From Chlamydiota bacterium (lineage in GTDB: Bacteria; Chlamydiota; Chlamydiia; Chlamydiales; SM23-39): DNA of 35,792 bases. Positions 17,056-25,935 of this stretch are shown piece after piece. The notes under the pieces are model-generated. The model was given only the letters and a program-made list of their open reading frames with translations, was not told the DNA's origin and did not search any database. The stretch lies in the NCBI GenBank assembly GCA_039179045.1, contig JBCDEZ010000009.1, positions 1 to 35,792 of the forward strand, given 5' to 3'. The first letter of the stretch is position 1; each line of letters begins with the position of its first letter. The position numbers were made by a program, and so were the translations under genes.

Positions 17056-19056
17056 TTTCCCCTTCTGTTTGAGCAGCTGGTGAAACTCTTCTTCGGAGAG
17101 AATCGTAACGCCTTGTTTTCTCGCTTTTTCCCATTTCGATCCTGGATCTTTTCCAGCAAGGAGATAGTCGACTTTTTTGCTTACACTGCTTTTCACAGTA
17201 CCTCCATGACTTTCAATCACTTCTCTTGCCTCTTCTCTTGTGTAACCCTCCAAAGAGCCCGTAAGAACAAATGATTTTTTCGCGAAGAGTCCCGTCTGCT
17301 CATTGCTGCCATGAGGAGGCAAAGGGACTACGCCCAAAGAGGCAAGCTCTGCAATTTCTGCTCGGTTGCTCTCTTGTGAAAAGAAGGTAAGTAGCGAGTC
17401 AGCAACTTTCTCTCCAACCCCCTCAATTGCGAGGAAGTCCTCTTTTTGCATCGTATAAAAGTCTTCTATTCTCTCCGCTGTTTTTGCAAGCGCGCGAGCT
17501 GTTTGCTTACCAACATATTTGATACCAAGCGCCAAAATGAACCGGTATAAAGGAGGCTGTTTTGCCTTCTCGATACTGCACAGCAGGTTGGCGATCGATT
17601 TTTCTTGGAACTGGGGTAACCTTTGCAGAGATTCTTTCGAAAGGCGGTAAAGATCGGGAAAACTCCTGAACAGCTCCGCTTCAAAGAGGCGCTGTACTAC
17701 TTTTTCTCCCAAGAAGGGGATATCCATGCCCTGCTTGCTAACGTAAAAGATCAGCCTTTGCAAAGAAACTTGAGGACACGCCTCATTCATGCAGCGCACA
17801 GCCACCTCACCTACAGAGTCGAAAAGAGGCGCGTTGCAAAAAGGGCAAGTATCGGGCATCGACCAGGGCGTCGCACACGGGGGACGCGCGCTTTTCACAA
17901 CAGATACGACTTTGGGGATCACATCCCCCCCTTTTTCGATCAAAACGGTATCTCCCACACGGATATCTTTGCGTGCGATCTCCTCTTGGTTATGCAGAGT
18001 GGCTCGAGTGATGGTGCTGCCGCTCAACAGAGTCGGCTCTAGCTCTGCTACAGGTGTTACGATGCCCGTTCTTCCAAGCTGGAGGATGATCGCGCGAATC
18101 ACGCTTTTCTCCTGCTCAGGAGTGAATTTGTAGGCAACCGATCCCCGAGGGGATTTTCCTGTCATCCCTAGACTTTGGTGTTCTTCAAGCGCATCTACTT
18201 TGATGACAATTCCATCAATTTCAAAGGGAAGATGGGCGCGTTTGTTTTGGATCGTATCTGCGAAGTCTAATATCTCCTGCAAATTGCGACAAAGAGCTGT
18301 ATGCCCCTTTTCTGCAACGGGCAATCCCATTTTTTGTAAAGAGAGGCAGACTTCGTGCTGGTTTTTAAACCCTGCAAACTGTCCCACTCCATAAAAGAGG
18401 ACTTTGAGCTTGCGGGCGCGCACTTCACGCGAGTCGAGTAGTTTCAAAGAGCCTGCGGCCGCATTTCTCGGGTTAGCCCATTGAGGTAGCCCCTTTTCTT
18501 CCCTCTCTTGGTTGAGTTCTTCGAAGCGTTGGATCGGTAGGTAAACCTCTCCACGCGCCTCGAAGTCCTCGGGTATCTCCTCTCCTTTTAGGCTTAGGGG
18601 GAGCGAGCGGAGCGTCTTGAGGTTGCTTGTAATATCATCTCCCCATTCCCCGTTGCCTCGAGTAAGTGCACAAACTAACCGCCCTCTCACGTAGCGTACA
18701 GAGACAGCTATACCATCCATCTTCAGCTCGACATGAAAAAGAATCTCCTTTTTGGAAAGAAGTTTTTCTACGCGATCGATAAACTCTTGGATCTCTTCAG
18801 GCGAGTAGGTATTCGAGAGCGAAAGCATGGGAGTACGATGCGCTTTTTTTTGGAAGCCTGCATCGAGGGGATCGGCAATGCGGTTTGTGGGAGAGTTCGG
18901 ATCGATTTTTCCGGGATGGAGCCGCTCAAACTCCGCAGCTTGGCGCAGCAGTAGGTCATACTCGTAGTCGGAGATGACGGGATCTGCTTTTTCGTAATAG
19001 AGCTCATCGTGGTAGATCAGATTTTTTACGAGCTTTTTGTACTCTGCTTCTTTCAT
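17050..19056 (-). CDS. ligA: NAD-dependent DNA ligase
   Basis: KMDG adenylation motif, TRGNG, RNAAAGSL, C4 Zn finger, HhH, BRCT. True start is MKEAEY at 19056 behind AGGAGG, not 19260. Confidence 0.98.
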   Translation of the reverse strand: MKEAEYKKLVKNLIYHDELYYEKADPVISDYEYDLLLRQAAEFERLHPGKIDPNSPTNRIADPLDAGFQKKAHRTPMLSLSNTYSPEEIQEFIDRVEKLLSKKEILFHVELKMDGIAVSVRYVRGRLVCALTRGNGEWGDDITSNLKTLRSLPLSLKGEEIPEDFEARGEVYLPIQRFEELNQEREEKGLPQWANPRNAAAGSLKLLDSREVRARKLKVLFYGVGQFAGFKNQHEVCLSLQKMGLPVAEKGHTALCRNLQEILDFADTIQNKRAHLPFEIDGIVIKVDALEEHQSLGMTGKSPRGSVAYKFTPEQEKSVIRAIILQLGRTGIVTPVAELEPTLLSGSTITRATLHNQEEIARKDIRVGDTVLIEKGGDVIPKVVSVVKSARPPCATPWSMPDTCPFCNAPLFDSVGEVAVRCMNEACPQVSLQRLIFYVSKQGMDIPFLGEKVVQRLFEAELFRSFPDLYRLSKESLQRLPQFQEKSIANLLCSIEKAKQPPLYRFILALGIKYVGKQTARALAKTAERIEDFYTMQKEDFLAIEGVGEKVADSLLTFFSQESNRAEIAELASLGVVPLPPHGSNEQTGLFAKKSFVLTGSLEGYTREEAREVIESHGGTVKSSVSKKVDYLLAGKDPGSKWEKARKQGVTILSEEEFHQLLKQKGKS

Positions 19057-19063
19057 CTTCCTC

Positions 19064-20002
19064 CTAACGCTCAAATCGGTCGAAAACGTAGAGACGCCCT
19101 TTTGCGATCTCAATCGCTCTTGTGAGGAGCATCTTCTTTGTATGGAGCTTTTGATTCTCAAACAACCGGAAATGCCGCATACCAGAGACCCGAAGAGTGA
19201 TCTCTGTAGAAGTAGTGGCCCGCAAAACGACCTTGCGCACTTTCTTCTTGGACCAAGCAAAATCGAGGATGCCGATCTTCTCAGCCTCTATACCCGTCAT
19301 CTTACCGAAGGGAAATTGCATTTTGGGCAAAAAATGGAGCGTGTTTCCTTTTTGTTGGAAAAAGAGCGAAGAGATGAGTTGACTGCCGTAAGAAAAAGGC
19401 TGGGAAATTTTCTGAGGAATTTTGAGTAAAAAAGGATCTTCCTGAGGGCAAAAAATTCCCCCAAATTCCGCCCAAAAAGTTCGGTAAAAGAGGGAAAGAT
19501 CAGAGAATATGGCCTCTTTTTCTCTCGGATAGAGACGAGCAATCCCATGCCAAATCGGTAGGATCTCTTGTAGATCTCCTCTTCTCCGGATCGCCTCGAT
19601 ATCCTGCTTTTTGTGCACTCCCAAAGAGAGTTTTTCCCGATTTTTCGGCACGGAATATACCGGAATCTCCTCTAAAGGAGTACCGGAAAAGTGCAAGGAA
19701 CACGAGTCAGGTTTTTTTTTAACGACAAGGCGAATACTCTTTTCCGAGACAATATGAAAAGAGAAAAACCCCTCCTGTCCTTTTCCCCGAATTTCGATCC
19801 GTTCCCGATCGGGAGCGAGCGTACAGAGAAAAGAGGAGAAAGGCCCGGTCATGGAAAATGTAACTTTTGCTCCTTTCCCCTCCCCCTGAAAAAGAAGGCA
19901 TGTGGGGTAGATCTGCACCGTCCAAGAGGTCTTCAAAAGGGGTACAAAACACCCAAAAGCCTGGGAAAAAGGCGCGCAGGTTGTCGTGATCTTTACCGAC
20001 AT
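19064..20002 (-). CDS. Conserved chlamydial hypothetical protein (recalled as CT011-like)
   Basis: 312 aa ORF overlapping the mtaB stop and ending 7 nt before ligA. LSLGVHKKQD and FLP...FG...G....G.LDFAWSKK segments resemble a chlamydial family from memory. Confidence 0.75.
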   Translation of the reverse strand: MSVKITTTCAPFSQAFGCFVPLLKTSWTVQIYPTCLLFQGEGKGAKVTFSMTGPFSSFLCTLAPDRERIEIRGKGQEGFFSFHIVSEKSIRLVVKKKPDSCSLHFSGTPLEEIPVYSVPKNREKLSLGVHKKQDIEAIRRRGDLQEILPIWHGIARLYPREKEAIFSDLSLFYRTFWAEFGGIFCPQEDPFLLKIPQKISQPFSYGSQLISSLFFQQKGNTLHFLPKMQFPFGKMTGIEAEKIGILDFAWSKKKVRKVVLRATTSTEITLRVSGMRHFRLFENQKLHTKKMLLTRAIEIAKGRLYVFDRFER

Positions 20003-21261
20003 ATCCCCTCCAATCCTTCAGGGTGATTTTGTAGAATATCGACAGATACGATCTGATTGGTCTGCAAACCCTCGCCTCGGACAAACACAGGCAGAAACTC
20101 TGGAGTATGGCCGAAAAAGCGGCTGCCTTCTTTATGCTCCAAGAGGACGGGGATTTTCTGACCGACGTACGGCGCCCGCACTCGAAAAGCTACTTGCTCC
20201 GCCTGGCGCAAGAGCTGCATCTTTCTTTTTTGTATCTCTTCTGGAGGTACGCGATTGTTATAAAGAGCGGCTCTTGTTCTTTTGCGGGGACTGTAAGGAA
20301 ACATGTGCACGCGAGCAAAGCCGACTTGTTCCATCATATCGATTGTCGCAAGAAAGTCTGCTTCTTCTTCTCCCGGAAACCCGACGATCACATCGGTAGT
20401 GACAGCAAAAGAGGGGCGCTCTTGGCGCAAGGTATCAACTGCATCTAGGAAAATTTGCCGTGTATACTTGCGATTCATCCGCTTGAGAATCGCGTTCGAT
20501 CCCGACTGGAGTACGATATGCATACTAGGACACGTTTTTTTTGCGTACAAAACCGCCTCTTTCAAAGCATCATCAATCTCATCAGGATCGATCGAAGAGA
20601 TCCGAATCCGTTCGATTCCTTCGATCGCATCGACCTTCCAAACGAGATCTGCTAAGGTCGTTCCCTCATCGGAAAAGTCGCCAATATTGATCCCTGTAAG
20701 CACTACCTCTTTGTAGCCATTTTCGGCTAAGGTTCGGATCTCTCGAAGGATATCGTCTGTTTTGCGCGAGCGAGAGCGCCCCCGGACATACGGGATGATG
20801 CAATACGTACAAAAGGAGTTGCAGCCGTCTTGAATTTTTACAAAGGCGCGCGTTCTCGCCTCCACCTGCTCGATCTTGAACTCGGGATATGCTCTCTCAT
20901 CGGGAAAAAGGGCCTCGACAAGCGCCTCTTTTTTTTGGTTAGGCACGATTTGCACGGGACAACCGTGGACCTGCCCCAAAGCGATGAGCTCTTCTTCTAC
21001 ACCCTTCGCACTATCGACAAAACATCCAGTCACTACAATCCTTGTGCCAGGATACTTTTTCATCGCTTGCACGATCTTTGCTCGGGATCGCTGGTCAGCC
21101 GAATGTGTTACCGTACAGGTATTGATGATGCAAAGATCGGGAGAGAACCCCGCTTGCACAGGCGCATACCCCATCTGCAAAAGCTGCTGGTGATACGCTC
21201 CCGATTCATACTGGTTTGTTCTGCATCCAAGAGTCAGAATAGAAAAGGTTTTTTTTGCCAC
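19993..21261 (-). CDS. mtaB: tRNA-t6A37 methylthiotransferase MtaB
   Basis: TLGCRTNQYES, INTCTVT, KIQDGCNSFCTYC, VVLTGINIG, RIRISSIDP, HMFPYSPR; GTG start behind GAGG. Confidence 0.93.
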   Translation of the reverse strand: MAKKTFSILTLGCRTNQYESGAYHQQLLQMGYAPVQAGFSPDLCIINTCTVTHSADQRSRAKIVQAMKKYPGTRIVVTGCFVDSAKGVEEELIALGQVHGCPVQIVPNQKKEALVEALFPDERAYPEFKIEQVEARTRAFVKIQDGCNSFCTYCIIPYVRGRSRSRKTDDILREIRTLAENGYKEVVLTGINIGDFSDEGTTLADLVWKVDAIEGIERIRISSIDPDEIDDALKEAVLYAKKTCPSMHIVLQSGSNAILKRMNRKYTRQIFLDAVDTLRQERPSFAVTTDVIVGFPGEEEADFLATIDMMEQVGFARVHMFPYSPRKRTRAALYNNRVPPEEIQKRKMQLLRQAEQVAFRVRAPYVGQKIPVLLEHKEGSRFFGHTPEFLPVFVRGEGLQTNQIVSVDILQNHPEGLEGICR

Positions 21262-21729
21262 TTGTTCCTCACGCCAAAGAGTCTAGTGTACAAAACATCG
21301 GCAGGGAAAATCACGGAAAATATCACATGCACATGAGTGTCCTTCCCTTAAGATTTGCCCAATCTCATGCCCTGAATGGAACCAAGGCGATCGCATACAA
21401 AAGTTTGACCACAATAAAATGCCAATAGCCGTGATTTTTCACGATCATCTAGCAAGAGAAAAGAATTGCACTTACATAGCGAACTGGGAGCTAGAACACC
21501 AAGAATAGTCTCTAAAATTGCCCAAAGGCAGGTAAGAGAGCTTACTGAGTGCAAAAATTTACAAACAGCTAAAAAACTCCAATTCTTGAGTCAATTGCTC
21601 AACTAGAAAATTCCACTTGAGTGTACCCATGGCTCAAGCAAACAGGAAGATAAACAGCCCTTTCATTTTATGAACGAAACGAGAGTCGCTGACCAATTTT
21701 AGGAAAGTACGCAGTAAAATGCTCCGAAA

Positions 21730-22856
21730 TATACCCGCTTCAATTGAAGAATGGGGTGAGACAAAAGAATAAAAGTGAAGGCGATTCGCAATTCGCTTCT
21801 TCAGTTGATGTAAAATCTTTGAACCGGGCGAGGACAAACTCTCCAAACATCCCATCACCGCATGCAGAAAATTTTTTGCATTATTGATTCCACCACACTT
21901 TCTCATGCGTACATTTCGAAGACCGCTCCATGGGATGTAGATTCGGACTATATGGAGGTAAAAAACGGAGTGCAATTCTAGAGTTTTTTTCATAGTCTTG
22001 AACGAATGGATTTTTACAGCGATACGCATTTTCAGAAAATAGACAAATCGTCACAAAATTCTCGCACGATTTTTCTATTTTCTTAAAAAATGCGATCGTA
22101 GACGCCGCGTGTAACGTCGTATCTTCTTGGATCAAGACTCTATGCTTATTGATATCCAAAGCACCAGACAGGCGGATTCTTTGTCTACCAATATTCGTGT
22201 GAATTGTTCTACGCAAGCCCTTTTTGATCTATCCACAAATTGTCTTTGTCTCGTGAGTAAAATGCACTCGATCGATGAAGCAAATCGCTTCGTTTTCACC
22301 AAGTCTTTTTTCGAGACAGCGGTACTGCCGCTAACCATTGTTTTTGCTTCTCTACATCTACTTTTCCTGGAAGAACTGCGGGCTTTTACTAGGTAAAACC
22401 ATTAGGTGTCAGCCAAGAATGCATTCCCGAAATGGGGTACTTCACCCTAAACACTGGCAAAACATAGACAGCAATATCTTGCTCATAGAGCTGAGTATTC
22501 TCTTCTAAGGTGTTCACATCAAAGAGCCCTTTGCTCTTCACGCAATTTGCCGTAAGAACCTCCATGTTCTGTATGAAGCTTCTTCGATGCTTCCTAATCC
22601 CAAATGTGTAACCGGATTGTCCCTCTTTGATCAAGCGTGTCTCAGGAATTTGATGAAAGGGCCAAACCCTTCTCTCGAAGAATCATAGACTTAAATCCGA
22701 TCCTGGATCCGGCCGTCTCGCTCTTTTTTATGTTGCTTTTTCAAAGCTTCTTTTTCTTCTGGAGTCGAATAAGTCATCACGAATCTTGTGAAAAAATCCC
22801 GCCTTTTTGCGTGCGCGAGAATTTCTTTATGCAAATCTTCGGTCAAGATGGGTATA
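21730..22856 (-). mobile_element. IS630-family insertion sequence (decayed), ~1.12 kb, TA target duplication
   Basis: Ends TA|TACCCGCTTCAATTGAAGA and (reverse complement) TA|TACCCATCTTGACCGAAGA form imperfect IRs that differ mostly by transitions; transposase fragments lie between them. Confidence 0.88.
21770..22777 (-). pseudogene. IS630 transposase pseudogene (multiple stops and frameshifts)
   Basis: MTYSTPEEKEALKKQHKKERDGRIQDRI (winged-HTH start), YPISGMHSWLTPNGFT, ICFID..H, GRQRIRLSGAL, FLPPYSPNLHPMER, split over several frames. Confidence 0.88.
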
Positions 22857-22941
22857 TTTCTGCGTGAATAGAAGCAACCTGAGAGAAGTTTTCTGTAAGA
22901 AGATTTATATGCGATTCCCTTGCTAATGGTGAGAATAGTTC

Positions 22942-22971
22942 TTGCAGGGATTGTTTTGCGCTCCGTATAAT
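22942..22971 (+). promoter_or_regulatory. Putative promoter of marC
   Basis: TTGCAG-N18-TATAAT ~40 nt upstream of ATG 23013. Confidence 0.55.
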
Positions 22972-23012
22972 CTATCTTATTAGAATATGATACATATCCC
23001 CGAAAAATACTT

Positions 23013-23609
23013 ATGGAAGAAATTAGTCTAATCAATATTGCCTCATCCCTTTTTCTCATCATGAACGCTGTAGGACAAATCCCCCTTTTCTTGGCAATTT
23101 TGGCTCCTTATCAAGCCCGCAAACAGACCTTCTTGATTTTACGCGAGATGATGATTGCGCTTTGCATCTTGCTCGTATTCACCTTTTTTGGAGAAAGCGT
23201 CTTATTCTACCTTGGCATCACGCATTCTGTGATCGGTATGGCAGGAGGCATTCTTCTTTTCCTGGTCTCATTAGATATGGTTTTCCCTAAGGAAAAGGAC
23301 ATCGAGTCTCTGACCAAATTCGAGCCGATGGTTGTTCCTCTAGCCATCCCTGTCATCACAGGCCCCGGTGCCATCACCATGTCCATGACATTTGCAAGTC
23401 AGACAAACAGCCCCCTTTTCGTCTCATTGGCCGTTCTCCTTGCCTGGGTTCCTTCCGTCTTAATTTTGATTTTTTCTCCCTACATTCAACGCTTTTTAGG
23501 GGAGAAAGGAATGCAAGCTGTGGAAAGATTGGGAGGCATGCTGGTCATTTTGATTGCGATCCAGATGTTCTCTTCTGGGATCATTCAGATGGTGCAGGAG
23601 AACTTTTGA
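23013..23609 (+). CDS. marC: MarC-family integral membrane protein
   Basis: LFLIMNAVG, AGGILLF, VPLAIPVITGPGAI, ERLGGM motifs; six hydrophobic segments. Confidence 0.92.
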   Translation: MEEISLINIASSLFLIMNAVGQIPLFLAILAPYQARKQTFLILREMMIALCILLVFTFFGESVLFYLGITHSVIGMAGGILLFLVSLDMVFPKEKDIESLTKFEPMVVPLAIPVITGPGAITMSMTFASQTNSPLFVSLAVLLAWVPSVLILIFSPYIQRFLGEKGMQAVERLGGMLVILIAIQMFSSGIIQMVQENF

Positions 23610-24903
23610 TCAAAAAGCGGTGCAACTGGCTCTTCAAAGAGTCATGCACATTGGCCTCAATAATTAGATAGTCTCCCTCATACACTTTCGATAGGATTTC
23701 CCCCTCTTCGATCAGCTTTGCCGCGTAGCGATACTCCTTTTGATGGAAGCAAAAGCGCGCATGCTTGTAGAGATGGTGCATGCGTTCGATCATCGCGTCG
23801 GTCAGTTCTTGGAATCCTTTTTTCTCGCGAGCAGAGATTTTCACCAAACCAGGACAACGGAAGCGGAGCAAATGTACCTCTTTTGCAGGGGGAAGATCCG
23901 TCTTATTCAACACGTAGATGCGCGGCTTATTCGAGGCTCCGAGCTCTTTGAGCACCGCTTCACAGGCTTCTATTTCCTCGAGTAAATTGGAGCTCGAAGC
24001 ATCTAAAAGATGGAGCAAAACATCGGCATGTAGCGCCTCTTCTAAAGTGCTTTTGAACGCTGCGATCAAGCCGTGAGGGAGTTTGCGTATGAACCCCACC
24101 GTATCGATCAGCAAAATTTTTTGCTGGTTGGGCAAAACATAGGAGCTCGCCTTAGTATCGAGTGTAGCAAAGAGCTTATCTTCTACAAACACTCCTGCGT
24201 CGGTTAATGCGTTGAGAAGTGTCGATTTGCCCGCATTTGTGTAACCTACGACCGCAAAGCTGACCATGCCTTGTCGCTTGCGTTTTGTTCTTGTAAGAGC
24301 GCGCTTTTTTTCCAAATCCTGGATCTGTTTCTTGCATCTTGTAATTCTACTGCGCAAAAGCCTGCGATCGATCTCGATTTGCCGTTCGCCTTCACCTTTC
24401 AAGAAACCGCCCGATCCGCTCCCTACTTTTTGGCGGCCTAAGTGTGTCCAAAGCCTTGTCAATCGGGGAAGCTGGTACTGGTACTGCGCGAGGGAGACTT
24501 GCGTTTTGGCCTCTTTTGTATGCGCTCTTTGTGCAAAAACGGCGATGATCAGCTCGGTCCGGTCGACCACCATCGCACCGATTGCCTTTTCCAAATTCCT
24601 TTGCTGAGGAGGAGAAATCTCATCATCAAAGATGACAAGAGTCCGTTTTTTCTCTTGCACGATTTGGCGGATCTCCTCTACCTTCCCTTTGCCGAGAAAA
24701 GTTTTTGCGGAAGGTGCGCGCAGTGGACATACGATTCTTTCTTCAGAATGCAAACCAAGAGTCTCTGCTAAAGAGGCAAGTTCTTCTACGTGCAAGAGAG
24801 TCTCTGCTTTTTTCTCCACGTAGGTGCCTACCAGGATCGCGGAGGCTCCCAACTCTTGTGCCTCTAGCAGACGTCCTTCTTTCGATCCACTTTGAAATTC
24901 CAT
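23581..24903 (-). CDS. hflX: Ribosome-splitting GTPase HflX
   Basis: VVDRTELII.VFAQRA, GEGERQIEIDRR, G1 GYTNAGKS, LFATLD, G3 DTVG, G4 NKTD; TGATG coupling to the upstream gene. Confidence 0.97.
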   Translation of the reverse strand: MEFQSGSKEGRLLEAQELGASAILVGTYVEKKAETLLHVEELASLAETLGLHSEERIVCPLRAPSAKTFLGKGKVEEIRQIVQEKKRTLVIFDDEISPPQQRNLEKAIGAMVVDRTELIIAVFAQRAHTKEAKTQVSLAQYQYQLPRLTRLWTHLGRQKVGSGSGGFLKGEGERQIEIDRRLLRSRITRCKKQIQDLEKKRALTRTKRKRQGMVSFAVVGYTNAGKSTLLNALTDAGVFVEDKLFATLDTKASSYVLPNQQKILLIDTVGFIRKLPHGLIAAFKSTLEEALHADVLLHLLDASSSNLLEEIEACEAVLKELGASNKPRIYVLNKTDLPPAKEVHLLRFRCPGLVKISAREKKGFQELTDAMIERMHHLYKHARFCFHQKEYRYAAKLIEEGEILSKVYEGDYLIIEANVHDSLKSQLHRFLIKSSPAPSE

Positions 24904-25652
24904 CAAGTCCTCAAAGATATTTCTAGTCCATCATATGCAAAATCCGTTGTAGGGGCAAGAAAAGGGCGCGCTTTTTCCGTATTGATCTCGTGAGAGATAT
25001 GAGTGAAAAACGTTCTTTTGGCTCCTGTTCTCTGCGCAAAAATTGAAGCTTTTTGCAAACCCAAATGTACCGCAGAATGACGCCAGGAACAGGCACTAAT
25101 GACCAGGGTATCAATCCCTTCTAAGCAAGCGAAAATAGTAGGATCATAGTGGGAAATATCGGTCACATATGCGAAATTTCCCACTCGAAAACCGGTCACC
25201 TGCATCTGCTTTTGCCAGTAATGGAAGTAGGAAATAGCAATCCCTTCAAAGAGAACTGTCCCAAAGGAGGTAGGAAAGGTAGAAAAGGAAAAATAGTCCC
25301 GGATATGCACCTTTTTTTGGAGGATACTGTCGGTATCTTCAGACAAAAAGCAGGGAATTTTTTCCTGTCTTTGGTAGTAGATGATCCGAAGGTCCTCAAT
25401 ACCACCGATGTGGTCGTAGTGAGCATGGGTGAGACAAAGAGCGTCGAAGGCGTTCAACCCATGACGAAGACATTGCTGGCGAAAGTCGGGACCCGCATCG
25501 ATCAAGATCTGTTTGTTGCCTATTCGAAGGAGGCCACTTGTGCGAAGACGCATCTGCCTTGGATCTTCTCCCCGACAGACTGCGCAAGCGCAACCTACAA
25601 CGGGCGTCCCTAACGAGGCGCCAGAACCTAAAAATAGAAAACTACCCTTCAT
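24903..25652 (-). CDS. PhnP-like metallo-beta-lactamase-fold hydrolase
   Basis: FLGSGASLGTP..GC.C.VC, IDAGPDFRQQ, THAHYDH, AYVTD, THISH; start MKGSF at 25652. Confidence 0.92.
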   Translation of the reverse strand: MKGSFLFLGSGASLGTPVVGCACAVCRGEDPRQMRLRTSGLLRIGNKQILIDAGPDFRQQCLRHGLNAFDALCLTHAHYDHIGGIEDLRIIYYQRQEKIPCFLSEDTDSILQKKVHIRDYFSFSTFPTSFGTVLFEGIAISYFHYWQKQMQVTGFRVGNFAYVTDISHYDPTIFACLEGIDTLVISACSWRHSAVHLGLQKASIFAQRTGAKRTFFTHISHEINTEKARPFLAPTTDFAYDGLEISLRT

Positions 25653-25770
25653 GTAAAAAGATGATAACAAAATCGGGGAAAAAGCCGAGGAAAGAAAAAA
25701 GATCTGCTTCTCATTTCCCTCTCCAAAAAGCACTTTTTTGCTTTGGTCTAGATCGACTAGCACTAGCTTT

Positions 25771-25800
25771 TTGCCGATTTTTCTAGACCGTCAGTACAAT
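25771..25800 (+). promoter_or_regulatory. Putative promoter upstream of the small ORF / DapA-like gene
   Basis: TTGCCG-N18-TACAAT; the -35 is bracketed by the inverted pair GGTCTAGA (25745-25752) / TCTAGACC (25782-25789). Confidence 0.55.
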
Positions 25801-25839
25801 ACCCAGCTATGGTTGAAAGAAATATTTAGGAAAGAGGCA

Positions 25840-25935
25840 ATGCAGTCCTATCCCAGTTATTCTTCCTCCCCTTTCACAAGAAACCCCACCTCTTTTTCTA
25901 CTCCCGTAAAGTGTGGATTACAAAGAGGCTTCTGA
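25840..25935 (+). CDS. Putative 31 aa upstream peptide MQSYPSYSSSPFTRNPTSFSTPVKCGLQRGF
   Basis: Purine-rich AGGAAAGAGG before the ATG; TGA overlaps the ATG of the DapA-like gene (TGATG). Confidence 0.35.
   Translation: MQSYPSYSSSPFTRNPTSFSTPVKCGLQRGF

Noticed and set aside
19057..19260. Apparent 68 aa N-terminal extension of LigA
   Set aside because: Overlaps the upstream gene; a strong AGGAGG precedes ATG 19056.
22691..23062. 123 aa minus-strand ORF
   Set aside because: Only its last ~28 codons are the IS630 transposase start; the rest crosses the IS end and marC antisense.
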